Assembly (NCBI GenBank): GCA_963611815.1
Contig: CAVDSY010000022.1
Span: 93,539-157,538 of the forward strand
Direction of reading: 5' to 3'
Length of the DNA: 64,000 nucleotides
Origin: a bacterium
Lineage (GTDB): Bacteria > Bacillota_I > Bacilli_A > RFN20 > CAG-826
This document shows positions 26,103 through 35,312 of this stretch, one piece after another. A model generated the notes under the pieces. The model made no database searches, was not told where the DNA came from, and worked only from the letters and a program-made list of their open reading frames with translations. Position 1 is the first letter of the stretch; every line of letters starts with the position of its first letter. A program made the position numbers and the translations under genes.

Positions 26103-27841
26103 AAGCCAAGTTCCTCCTTACTGAGCTGGGAGAGGGCGATCTCACGATAGACCTCGCAATCGCGGAGGAGGTCTTTGTGCTTGCCCTTCCCGACGATTTT
26201 GCCCTCGCTGAGGACGATGATTTGATCGGCGTCCATAATGGTGCCGATGCGCTGGGCAACGATGACTCTCGTCGTCGATCCCAATGCCTCTTTCAGGTTC
26301 TTGCGGACTTGCAGATCAGTCTTGAAGTCCAAGGCGGAGAAAGAGTCGTCGAAAGCGCATATTTCGGGTTTCGTCGCCACTGCCCTAGCTATGCAAATCC
26401 TTTGCCTTTGGCCGCCTGAAACGTTGCTCCCACCTCGGGCGATTCTGGCCTCGTAGCCCCCGTCCATCTTCTCAATGAATTCGTCGGCCATGGCGATTCG
26501 GGCAGCCTCTTTCATGGCATCGTCGCTCATTGAGGCGTCGCCGAATTTGATGTTGGAAGCGACGCTTCCGCTGAAAAGAAGGCCCTTTTGCGGCACGATC
26601 GTGAGCCTGCTGCGCAATGTCTTCTCTTTCATTTCGCGGACGTCCACGCCGTCGATTTTCACCGAACCGGAGGTGACGTCGTAGAATCTCGCGAGAAGGC
26701 GGATTATCGTGCTCTTTCCGCTGCCCGTCGCGCCGATGATTGCGAGAGTCTCCCCTTGCTTCACTTGGAAGCAGAGGTCGTTGACGACGTCTTCCTTCGC
26801 ATCGCCATAGCGGAAGCAGACGTGGTCGAATTCGATTGTCCCCGTTTCTTTTGGCTGCGTCTCGCTTTCAGGGTCGACGATTTCAGATTTGGAGGCGAGG
26901 ACCTCGTTGACGCGGGTGGCGGAGATCTGGGCGCGCGGGATCATGATGAACATGAACATCAGCGTCATGAAGGCCATGATGATCATCGAGGAGAGCGTTG
27001 AGAAGCTTACGAGAGTCGCGTAATCGGTGATTTCTTTGTTTATTAAGGCGGCGCCGAGCCAATAGATACCCAAAGAAAGGCCGTTCATCACGATCATCAG
27101 CACGGGGTTCATGAGAGCGGTAAGGCGGCTTGCAAAAACCTGGATCTTCGTGAGATCGGCGTTGGCTTTCGCGAATCTCTCTTCCTGATAATCTTCGGCG
27201 TTGTAAGCGCGGATCACGCGAATGCCTGAGAGATTCTCTTGCGTCAATAGGTTGACCTTGTCGATGAGCTTTTGGATTTTCTTGAAACGCGGCATCGTGA
27301 AAACGAACATGAAAATGAGGAAGGTCAGAAGAATCACGATCCCTCCAGCCGTAAGAAGGGTGAGCTCGCCTGAGACGGCCTGTATCTTGCAGATTGCCCA
27401 GATGGCGGTGACGGGCGCGTTGAAAAGCATGCGGGCAGCCATGACGAAGGTGAATCCGACCGTCTGAATATCGTTGGTCGCGCGAGTGATCAAAGAGGAA
27501 ACTGAGAAAGACTCGATTTGGGCCATCGACATCTCGGAGATCTTGTCATTAAGGTTTTTGCGGAGCCTCGTGACCAAAGAGGCGCTGATGATCGAAGCGA
27601 AAAAAGCCGAGATGCCTTGGCAGACCATGCTTCCGGTGGCGTATCCAACCATGATGCCCGCCCCTATCCAGATGTCCTTCTCTTCTTTCATCCCGGCTTG
27701 GGCGGCAATGATCGTTCTCGTAAGGTCGCCGATGGCATCGGTGAGAGTCATCGTGCAAAAGACCTGAAGGATTGTCATCCCTAGTATTAAAGCCAGGAAC
27801 AGCCAGTCTATTTTCCGAAGACTTTTCATTATCTTTATCAT
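26099..27841 (-). CDS. ABC transporter, fused permease/ATPase (exporter half-transporter A)
   Basis: 580 aa. It has Walker A GATGSGKST, signature VSGGQRQR and Walker B ICAFDDSFSALD. Confidence 0.9.
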   Translation of the reverse strand: MIKIMKSLRKIDWLFLALILGMTILQVFCTMTLTDAIGDLTRTIIAAQAGMKEEKDIWIGAGIMVGYATGSMVCQGISAFFASIISASLVTRLRKNLNDKISEMSMAQIESFSVSSLITRATNDIQTVGFTFVMAARMLFNAPVTAIWAICKIQAVSGELTLLTAGGIVILLTFLIFMFVFTMPRFKKIQKLIDKVNLLTQENLSGIRVIRAYNAEDYQEERFAKANADLTKIQVFASRLTALMNPVLMIVMNGLSLGIYWLGAALINKEITDYATLVSFSTLSSMIIMAFMTLMFMFIMIPRAQISATRVNEVLASKSEIVDPESETQPKETGTIEFDHVCFRYGDAKEDVVNDLCFQVKQGETLAIIGATGSGKSTIIRLLARFYDVTSGSVKIDGVDVREMKEKTLRSRLTIVPQKGLLFSGSVASNIKFGDASMSDDAMKEAARIAMADEFIEKMDGGYEARIARGGSNVSGGQRQRICIARAVATKPEICAFDDSFSALDFKTDLQVRKNLKEALGSTTRVIVAQRIGTIMDADQIIVLSEGKIVGKGKHKDLLRDCEVYREIALSQLSKEELGL

Positions 27842-27847
27842 CTTGGC

Positions 27848-27869
27848 TTCCCCCCGTTAACGGGGGAAA
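27848..27869 (-). promoter_or_regulatory. hairpin CCCCCG-TTAA-CGGGGG overlapping the G-rich ribosome-binding region of the ABC exporter operon
   Basis: Read directly. The 3' arm on the mRNA strand (CGGGGGGAAG) lies 5-14 nt upstream of ATG 27841. Confidence 0.4.
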
Positions 27870-27982
27870 TGATAGCAACAATCAAACCGATTGCAAGGAT
27901 GTCGCGCGTTTTTGCCCCAAGCAGAAAAAAGTGGGTCTGATTTAAATGCGGCAAAGTTCAAAAATAATTGGTTTTTGCGGGG

Positions 27983-28255
27983 TTATTTTGAGTATTTGCG
28001 GAGCCTGAAACGATAAGACAAAGGTTCTTTTTCTCTTTCGTTGGACGAAAATGAAATGATTTTGTAGCCCGATCCATCCAAAGCATTAAGCGCCTCTTCC
28101 TCGGTGATTTGCCGAGGGGAGAAAATCGTCGCCTCTTTTTTGAAATGCGAGGCCTTCACGATCAGCGCCCCATCGATCTTCCTGAGCATGAGGCTGACGT
28201 GAGACTCGCATTGCCCGCACATCATTCCATCTATTCCGATACGTGTTATATACAT
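27983..28255 (-). CDS. heavy-metal-associated (HMA) domain protein
   Basis: 90 aa. GIDGMMCGQCESHV is the GMxCxxC metal-binding motif. Confidence 0.75.
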   Translation of the reverse strand: MYITRIGIDGMMCGQCESHVSLMLRKIDGALIVKASHFKKEATIFSPRQITEEEALNALDGSGYKIISFSSNEREKEPLSYRFRLRKYSK

Positions 28256-28370
28256 GTGGCGCCTCCCACTTTGCTCCGTTTCATTTTACCGATTTCTTAT
28301 CCAAATTGTTAAACCGTTGTTTATTTTTAAAAGTTGGGGTGGTTAAATTTTCATCAAGCGAGGAATATCT

Positions 28371-29825
28371 ATGCAACAAACTGCCTCATCGACGAACAAA
28401 GCTTCTTTTAAGCTCAATTACAAACGGACTTTCCTGATTGGGTTTGCCTTCTTTGGGATTCTGCTCCTTTGGCAAGTCTACGATTCTTGGTGCCCGACCT
28501 TCTTGACCGAGTTGTTCACGGAAGCGCTCGGCGCAAAAGACCAGACCGAGGTCCAATATCTCGTCGGCATAATGATGGCCTTGGACAATTTGGCCGCTTT
28601 GATATTGCTGCCTATCTTCGGGCATCTCTCCGACAAGACGCATACGCGCATCGGCAAACGCATGCCTTACATTCTCGCTGGGACCTTCGTTTGCTCCGTC
28701 GCCTTCCCTTTCATCCCCGTCCTCTTCCATTTCCATAATCTTGCCGGGGTCATTGCCTTGATGGCCATCGTCGTCGTCTTCTCGATGATGTACCGCAACC
28801 CGGCCGTCTCGCTGATGCCCGACATGACGCCGAAGCCGCTGCGTTCGAAAGCCAACGGCATCATCAATATCATGGGCTACATCGGCGGAGCTTTCGCCAC
28901 CATCGTCGGTATTGTTTTCGTCCTCTCTTCTTACCTTGGCGACGATTCCGCCAACTGGCTTGCCGGGCCAAGCAAGAGCAACGTTTGGATAATTGAAGCC
29001 CCTTTCCTCATCGCTTCCGTCTTGATGCTTTCCTCCGCGCTCGTCCTTTTCTTCACCATCAAGGAGAACAAAATCGCCAAAGAGGTGGAGCCTGAGATGA
29101 AGCGCGGCGAAGAAGAGGCGGAAGTGGCGGACAAAGTCACTGACGACGCCCCTCTCACCAAAGGCAACCGCACGATGCTCTTCCTCATACTGGCGGCCGA
29201 ATTCTTCTGGTTCATGGCCGACAACGGCATCGGCACTTTCATGGGCAACTACACCCTTTACTATTTGCACTGCCAAACCAGCGGCAACATGATCAACACA
29301 ATCGTTGGCGGAGTCGGTTCGGTCGTTGGCTTTGCAATTGGCGGGTACATCGCTTCCAAGATCGGACGCAAGTGGACGATTTTCACCGGGCTCGGCATCA
29401 CGGGAATCTCCCTTGCCATATGGGCGATTCTCACCTTCGCTATCCCCGTTACCCTCCCCGCCGACGGAGGCTACAACCCCTTCCCCTTCTATATCTTCAT
29501 CATTTGGGGATTCAAGGGATTCGGCATGTCGCTTGTCCACGTCAACTCCTATCCGATGGTCGTCGAGCTCTGCACAGGCAAGAAGATCGGCGCCTATACC
29601 GGTTATTACTACGCATCTTCCATGGCCGCCCAGACCATCACCCCGATTGCCCTGGGCTCGCTTCTTTTCGCCATCGGCAAGAGCGATGCCTGGAAGTTCC
29701 TCCCCATCTACGCCGTTTGCTGCCTAGCCGTTTCCTTTGTCATCTTCATTTTCGTGAAGAACGTCAAAAATACCAAGACCGAATTCAAGATGGGGCTCGA
29801 GGGGATTGGCGCCGACGAGGATTGA
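28371..29825 (+). CDS. MFS transporter (GPH/SLC45-like sugar transporter family)
   Basis: 484 aa with about 12 TM segments. The GHLSDKTHTRIGKRMPYILAG loop is typical of this MFS branch. Confidence 0.7.
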   Translation: MQQTASSTNKASFKLNYKRTFLIGFAFFGILLLWQVYDSWCPTFLTELFTEALGAKDQTEVQYLVGIMMALDNLAALILLPIFGHLSDKTHTRIGKRMPYILAGTFVCSVAFPFIPVLFHFHNLAGVIALMAIVVVFSMMYRNPAVSLMPDMTPKPLRSKANGIINIMGYIGGAFATIVGIVFVLSSYLGDDSANWLAGPSKSNVWIIEAPFLIASVLMLSSALVLFFTIKENKIAKEVEPEMKRGEEEAEVADKVTDDAPLTKGNRTMLFLILAAEFFWFMADNGIGTFMGNYTLYYLHCQTSGNMINTIVGGVGSVVGFAIGGYIASKIGRKWTIFTGLGITGISLAIWAILTFAIPVTLPADGGYNPFPFYIFIIWGFKGFGMSLVHVNSYPMVVELCTGKKIGAYTGYYYASSMAAQTITPIALGSLLFAIGKSDAWKFLPIYAVCCLAVSFVIFIFVKNVKNTKTEFKMGLEGIGADED

Positions 29826-29827
29826 GC

Positions 29828-30751
29828 ATGCCCGCCGCCCTCACGCATTATCTTTTCGCCAAGCAAAACGAGGAAAACATCCCTGATGAGGGGGCTTTTC
29901 TTCTTGGTGCCCAAGGACCCGACCCCTTCTTTTTCTATGGCTTGGTGCCTTGGAGAAAGAAAGCCGATCCACTGAAAATCCGCGGCTATGGAGAAAACCT
30001 CCATCATGGCGATTTCTCCGCAATCTATGCCCGAATGGCGGATTTCGCACATCAGAAAGACGGCGTAGAGAAAGACGTCCTCATTAGCTATCTCAAAGGA
30101 CTCTGGGCCCATTATAGCCTTGACCGCGTTTGCCATCCTTACATCTTCTACCGCTCCGGCTTCGACGAGAACGGAGAGCTGAAAGGGCATTACGGCTATG
30201 CTCACAAAGTCTTCGAAGCCCTTTTGGACGCGGCGCTTAAAAAGAAGCATCGCTTGCCTCTCCCTTCTGCGGCGATGAAACTGAGCAAGAACAAAGCCAA
30301 GGCGATTTCCGCCATGTGGAAGGCGGGCTCGCCCGAGCTTCTTGAGAAAGACACCTTTTACGAAGCTTGGCGCGATTATTGTTCGGTCGAATCTTTCCTG
30401 CAGAGCCGCACGGGCTGGAAAAGAATCATTTGGAAAGCGCTTGGAAAAGAGAATGTCCTCTATGGTTTCTCTTACCCCGTTTTCTTGAAGAACAAAGAAA
30501 CGCTCGACGTCCTTAACCTGAAGAAGGCGATTTGGAAAAATCCCGTCACCGGCCTTTCTCATTCGTCTTCGATCCCTGAGATGTTCGAGGAAGCAAAGAA
30601 GCTTTACCGCAAGGGAGCCAAGGCAATAGACGAATCGAAAAGCGTCGACGGCGTCTCGGCTTTGCTCCTGAGCCTCGAGAAAGGCATCGATCACGATGGC
30701 TGCCTTTGGGGCAAGAAGAAGACCTACTTGGATTTGACCAGCCCTTTCTGA
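29828..30751 (+). CDS. zinc-dependent phospholipase C family protein
   Basis: The start MPAALTHYLFAK lies 2 nt after the MFS stop. The N-terminal (M)xxxTH and later His-rich blocks (LHHGDF, WAHYSLDRVCHPY) fit the family. The upstream part of ORF 29372-30751 is only read-through overlap. Confidence 0.55.
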   Translation: MPAALTHYLFAKQNEENIPDEGAFLLGAQGPDPFFFYGLVPWRKKADPLKIRGYGENLHHGDFSAIYARMADFAHQKDGVEKDVLISYLKGLWAHYSLDRVCHPYIFYRSGFDENGELKGHYGYAHKVFEALLDAALKKKHRLPLPSAAMKLSKNKAKAISAMWKAGSPELLEKDTFYEAWRDYCSVESFLQSRTGWKRIIWKALGKENVLYGFSYPVFLKNKETLDVLNLKKAIWKNPVTGLSHSSSIPEMFEEAKKLYRKGAKAIDESKSVDGVSALLLSLEKGIDHDGCLWGKKKTYLDLTSPF

Positions 30752-30823
30752 TCCTCCTAACCAGTTTCGATCCTTGAAGCGATTTTCGCTCTCCCTCCTC
30801 ACGGCTTTTTGTTCCCTTTTGAA

Positions 30824-30853
30824 GACAACCCCATTAAAATGGGGTGTCTTTTT
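30824..30853 (+). terminator. intrinsic terminator-like hairpin after the PLC-like gene
   Basis: GACAACCCCA-TTAAAA-TGGGGTGTC (one bulge) followed by TTTTT. It ends 14 nt before the next start codon. Confidence 0.6.
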
Positions 30854-30866
30854 GTGAGGTCTGCGC

Positions 30867-31526
30867 ATGGGAAACATCGCCGTTGAACATTATGCCGCCG
30901 CGGTAGTGATCGTCGGCAGGCACTTTTTGTTGGTCCGCGAGCTCGGGGGAGACGACTTCCCCATCAACGGGTTTTGCTTTCCCGGGGGCAAGGCGAAAGA
31001 CGAGGATGGGCTGAAATCCGCGCTCCATGATTCGTTGAAGAAGAAATATGGCGCAAAAGTCAAAATCATCGAGCCCATCACCCCGATCGCCCAAATAAAA
31101 AACGGCAAGATGATCGTCATCCATGGCTTCATCTGCGAGCCGCTTGCTCCGTTCAAATTCCCCGCAAAGCATTTCCAGCACGTCTATGCCGACTTCGAGA
31201 GAATCCCCTCCCTTTACCTTGACCCGCTTGATCGCAAGCTCGCCGAGAAAGTGATTCGTTTTTATCCCTTGTACGGCTACAAGAGGCGTCTTGCTCCCCT
31301 GACCGAAAAGGAGAAAGGGGAGGCTGGTTTCTATCTTGATTCCCTTTTCTATTTCCGCAGCGCCATCCCCGCCAAGGAAATCTCTGATTTCTCATTGCTT
31401 CTAAGGGCCGACAGCACCATTGAGCAAATCCGCGCGGCCTATCATTGGCTGCTTAATCTTTATGGTGTCGATTTGAACCAATACCTCGACGTTTTGGAAT
31501 ATAAGAAGGCGCATTCGAAAATATGA
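30867..31526 (+). CDS. Nudix-fold protein with a degenerate Nudix box plus a C-terminal helical domain
   Basis: FPGGKAKDEDGLKSALHDSLKKKYG keeps the G-x5-E-x7 spacing, but RE-U-x-EE is replaced by HD-S-L-KK. The stop overlaps the cls start (ATGA). Confidence 0.5.
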   Translation: MGNIAVEHYAAAVVIVGRHFLLVRELGGDDFPINGFCFPGGKAKDEDGLKSALHDSLKKKYGAKVKIIEPITPIAQIKNGKMIVIHGFICEPLAPFKFPAKHFQHVYADFERIPSLYLDPLDRKLAEKVIRFYPLYGYKRRLAPLTEKEKGEAGFYLDSLFYFRSAIPAKEISDFSLLLRADSTIEQIRAAYHWLLNLYGVDLNQYLDVLEYKKAHSKI

Positions 31527-33100
31527 AAAAACTAATCAAGCCGTCCTTTTGGCCGAAACTTTTCATCGGCCTGCTTCTTTTTGCCCAGATCATCATCATA
31601 ATCGGGCTTTTGTTTTGGCTGCTTTCGGTGGTGACCGACGGGACGCTCAGTTCAAGCTACATCCTCTTCTTTATCATCCTCATCTACGCCTTCAATGTGG
31701 TGCTGGGGGTCTACATCATCAACAGCGATTCCCCTTACGCCTACAAAGTTGCCTGGCTCTTCGTCGTCTTCGCTTTGCCTATCGGCGGCGCTTTGCTTTA
31801 TCTCTTTTTGGCCAATAAGACCGACAGCGCTCTGCGCAGAAGGGCCGTCAGGAAATGGACCTATCCGATAGTCGAGAACAAGACGAACCCCGAATCCCAT
31901 GCGAAGATGAGGGAGGAGGCCCCCTTCGCCGTCTCCACCTCCGATTACCTGAGCCTCGTCGGCGGCTTCGGCGCTCATGAGCGCACCAGCGTCGAATACT
32001 TCCCCCTCGTCGATTTCGCCCATGAGCCGATCCTACGCGAGCTCCGCAAGGCCAAGCATTATATTTTCTTGGAGTTCTTCATCGTCGAGCCCGGCGTTTT
32101 TTGGGACTCCATCCTCGCGATCCTTGAGGAGAAAGCGAAAGAAGGGCTAGATGTCCGCTTGCTTTACGATGACGTCGGCTCGCTCGGCACTTTGCCTAGC
32201 GGATATGCCGCAAAACTCTGCAAAGCCGGCATCAAATGCTCCCCGTATAACCATTTCCGGCCGTTCCTTGACATCAGGCAAAACAACCGCGACCACCGCA
32301 AGATAATGGTGATCGACGGCCACACGGCCTGGAGCGGCGGCTTCAACCTCGCCGACGAATACGTCAATAAGGTCGAGCGCTTCGGCCATTGGAAAGACAA
32401 CGCCATTCTCCTGAAGGGCGAGGCCGTTTACTCCTTTACCCTTCTCTTCCTCTCCGTCTGGGTGGCCAACGGCCATCGCGATGAGAAGATCGACAAAGCC
32501 TATTACAGCCCCGATACCTACATCGATGAGATTGGCGGGTATCCCAAATCGTCCGGCTTCGTCCAGCCTTATGGCGATCTTCCCTTCGATAAGGAAGAGT
32601 TCGGCGAGTCGACATATCTAAGCCTCATCCAGCACGCTAAGGATTATTGCTACATAACCACCCCCTATCTCATCATCGACAGCGAGGTCGAGAATGCCCT
32701 TTGCCGCGCTGCGAAAAGCGGCGTTGACGTGCGCCTCATCACCCCGCACATCCCCGATAAGAAAGCCGTTTTCAACATCACCCGCTCTTACTATGGAAAA
32801 CTTCTCAAAGCGGGGGTTAAAGTCTATGAATACACCCCCGGATTCGTCCATGAGAAGACCTTCTGCGTCGACGACCGCATGGCGACGGTCGGGACCATCA
32901 ACCTCGATTACCGTTCCCTCTACCTGCACCTTGAATGCGGGACGCTGATGGTCGATGTGCCGGCCATCAAGAACATAAAACGCGACTTCGATGACTCCTT
33001 CCCGATCTGCCACGAGGTCAGCTTGGAGGAGTGGAACCGCTGGAGGGTGAGAAACCGCGGGTACTGGTCAATCCTCAGAATCGTCGATCCGATGCTTTGA
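31523..33100 (+). CDS. cls: cardiolipin synthase
   Basis: 525 aa with two N-terminal TM segments. Two HKD motifs are present: HRKIMVIDG and HEKTFCVDD. Confidence 0.9.
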   Translation: MKKLIKPSFWPKLFIGLLLFAQIIIIIGLLFWLLSVVTDGTLSSSYILFFIILIYAFNVVLGVYIINSDSPYAYKVAWLFVVFALPIGGALLYLFLANKTDSALRRRAVRKWTYPIVENKTNPESHAKMREEAPFAVSTSDYLSLVGGFGAHERTSVEYFPLVDFAHEPILRELRKAKHYIFLEFFIVEPGVFWDSILAILEEKAKEGLDVRLLYDDVGSLGTLPSGYAAKLCKAGIKCSPYNHFRPFLDIRQNNRDHRKIMVIDGHTAWSGGFNLADEYVNKVERFGHWKDNAILLKGEAVYSFTLLFLSVWVANGHRDEKIDKAYYSPDTYIDEIGGYPKSSGFVQPYGDLPFDKEEFGESTYLSLIQHAKDYCYITTPYLIIDSEVENALCRAAKSGVDVRLITPHIPDKKAVFNITRSYYGKLLKAGVKVYEYTPGFVHEKTFCVDDRMATVGTINLDYRSLYLHLECGTLMVDVPAIKNIKRDFDDSFPICHEVSLEEWNRWRVRNRGYWSILRIVDPML

Positions 33101-33109
33101 GCCAAACTT

Positions 33110-34318
33110 ATGAATCTTTTTAAAAAGGCATATTGCCGCGTTTATCAGAAAACGATCTTCATCGTGCAGACCCTTCTGCATTTCCCCATCCCCGAGACCA
33201 TCGAAGGCCCAGGGTCTTTGTCTTTGATTCCCTCCAAGCTCAAGGGGGTAGGAAAGAGCAAACCTCTCATCGTCTGCGATCCTTTCATCGAGAAAAGCGG
33301 CGCTTTGCAAAAACTCACTGAGCCTCTCGCCAAAGAGGGTCTCGCCTATGAGGTTTTCGCTAAAGTCGAACCAAATCCGCCCTTCCCGAGCATCGAAGAG
33401 GCCTACGCCCTTTTCTCCAGCGCTTCCTGCGATTGCCTGATCGCGATAGGCGGAGGCAGCGCGATGGATACGGCCAAAGCGGTGGGGGCGAAATCCACCA
33501 ATCCCAAAAAGAGTCTCGCCCGGTTCAAAGGCGTTCTGAAAGTCGGAAAGAAGATCCCCTACCTCATCGCCATCCCAACGACCGCTGGGACCGGGTCGGA
33601 AGCGACTCTTGCCGCTGTGGTTGTGAACCCCGAGAACCATGACAAGTTCTCGATCAACGACCCCCACCTGATTCCCTCTTTGGCCGTTCTTGACGCCGAT
33701 TTGCTTTCCTCTTTGCCAAAGAAACTCATATCGTCCACAGGAATGGACGCTTTGACCCACGCCCTTGAAAGCTATGTTGGCAGGGCGAGGACCAAACTGA
33801 CCAAAAAGACCGCTTTGGAGGCAATGGAGCTCATCCGCGACCACCTTTTCGCCTTCTATTCTGATCCATCCATTCCCGAGCATCGCCAGGCGATGCAGAA
33901 AGCCGCTTTCCTCGCTGGGGTCAGCTTCACGCGAGGCTATGTCGGCTATGTGCACGCGTTGGCTCACGCATTGGGCGGCCTATACGGGGTGCCGCACGGC
34001 TATGCCAATGCCGTTTTGCTGCCCCATGTTCTGCGTTCTTTTGGGAAAAGCGATGAGAAAAAGCTTGCAAAAGCCGCTTCTTTTTTGAAACTTTGCCCCG
34101 AAGCATGCAGCCAAGAGGAGAAGGCTGAGGCATTAATTGCCTGGGTGGAAGGCCTGAACGAGAAGATGGACATACCGAAGAAATTCGCCGGAACCATCCT
34201 GGACGAGGACCTTGATGAGCTTGCAAGTCACGCGGATAAGGAGGCAAACCCCCTTTACCCCGTCCCCAAGGAAATGGACAAAGATGAACTCAAGAAAATA
34301 CTTTTGGAGGTCAAATGA
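33110..34318 (+). CDS. iron-containing (group III) alcohol dehydrogenase
   Basis: 402 aa. It has the GGGSAMDTAK motif and the His-rich metal site (HALAHALGG, PHG). Confidence 0.88.
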   Translation: MNLFKKAYCRVYQKTIFIVQTLLHFPIPETIEGPGSLSLIPSKLKGVGKSKPLIVCDPFIEKSGALQKLTEPLAKEGLAYEVFAKVEPNPPFPSIEEAYALFSSASCDCLIAIGGGSAMDTAKAVGAKSTNPKKSLARFKGVLKVGKKIPYLIAIPTTAGTGSEATLAAVVVNPENHDKFSINDPHLIPSLAVLDADLLSSLPKKLISSTGMDALTHALESYVGRARTKLTKKTALEAMELIRDHLFAFYSDPSIPEHRQAMQKAAFLAGVSFTRGYVGYVHALAHALGGLYGVPHGYANAVLLPHVLRSFGKSDEKKLAKAASFLKLCPEACSQEEKAEALIAWVEGLNEKMDIPKKFAGTILDEDLDELASHADKEANPLYPVPKEMDKDELKKILLEVK

Positions 34319-34319
34319 T

Positions 34320-35309
34320 ATGAGTAGAACCTGGATTGAAGACGTCTCTAATGGCGAAAAGCTGATTAACGTCGAGAACGATTGCGGCCTGAGGATGGCC
34401 CTGTCGAGTTTCGGCGCGGGGCTTTTCTCCTTGGATTTCGAGGGCAAAAGCATGCTGAGTCACCCTTCCTCATATGAGGATTACGCATACAGCAAGAGCT
34501 ATTACGGGAAGACCGTCGGCCCAATTGCCGGGCGGATCAGCGAAGGAAAATACGAAATCGCTGGGAAGTCCTACCAATTGCCGGTTAACGAGAACGGCAA
34601 TTGCCTTCATAGCGCGAGCCTTTGCTACGCCTTCTCCCATTTCGATTACGAGATCTTAGAAGAGGCGGACAATATTCGCGTTCGCTTCCACGCCTTTTTC
34701 CCCGCTTCCCCATTTGCCTTCCCGGCCAATGCCGAAGTCGAGGCGATCTATTCTCTGAGTTTGAAGGAACCGTGTCTGAAGCTCACGATGAATGTTGTGC
34801 CTGACGAAGATTGCCCGCTCAATCTGACCAACCATTCCTATTTCAATTTGGGCGGCGAGAAAAACCTATACGAAGACGTTTTGACCCTGAAAGAGAGTCT
34901 CGTCGCTTCCTATTCCTCTTCCGCTTTGCTGCTCGATCGCTTCCTGAAGCCCAGCGAAGAGCTCGATTTCTCTTCTCCGATGAAAATCGGCAAGTACGTC
35001 GATTCCTCCTCTTTGCTTCCCGTGACCGGATACGACCATTGCTTCTTGCTTTCTGCTTCAGCCGGCCCGAAAGCCTTCCTCGAGAACGCCTCTTACCGCC
35101 TCGAAATAGACACGGATGCCCAAGGGCTGCAGATCTACTCGACCAATTTCCCCATCGCAGGCCAACGCATGCAGTCGGGCTACCTCGACGAAAGGGCTTC
35201 GGGCATCACCTTCGAGCCGGTCTCGAGGATGGATGAGAGTCTGCTCGCCAAGAAAGGGAAGACTTGGAGTAGAAACATCACATATCGCTTCTGCAAGAAA
35301 GGACAATGA
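34320..35309 (+). CDS. galM: aldose 1-epimerase (galactose mutarotase)
   Basis: The start MSRTWIED has GGAGG 9 nt upstream. YGKTVGPIAGRI, NENGNCLHS and TNHSYFNL are mutarotase blocks. Confidence 0.8.
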   Translation: MSRTWIEDVSNGEKLINVENDCGLRMALSSFGAGLFSLDFEGKSMLSHPSSYEDYAYSKSYYGKTVGPIAGRISEGKYEIAGKSYQLPVNENGNCLHSASLCYAFSHFDYEILEEADNIRVRFHAFFPASPFAFPANAEVEAIYSLSLKEPCLKLTMNVVPDEDCPLNLTNHSYFNLGGEKNLYEDVLTLKESLVASYSSSALLLDRFLKPSEELDFSSPMKIGKYVDSSSLLPVTGYDHCFLLSASAGPKAFLENASYRLEIDTDAQGLQIYSTNFPIAGQRMQSGYLDERASGITFEPVSRMDESLLAKKGKTWSRNITYRFCKKGQ

Positions 35310-35312
35310 AAC

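Noticed and set aside
28386-29540. Long antisense shadow ORFs (28386-29540, 29708-30877, 33068-33967, 37229-38065, 39206-40069, 48080-49018, 61372-62118, 8738-9460, 1522-2229, 5920-6645)
   Set aside because: Each lies opposite a gene with clear family motifs (MFS, PLC-like, ADH, galK, rimO, infB, oadA-like, GPH, glgB, guaD). The products are Arg/Gly/Asp-rich with no motifs. This is typical of GC-biased third-position shadow frames.
29372-29827. Upstream 152 codons of ORF 29372-30751
   Set aside because: This stretch overlaps the 3' end of the MFS transporter in another frame and gives a Pro/Arg/His-rich product. The family-typical start MPAALTHYLF is at 29828, right after the MFS stop.
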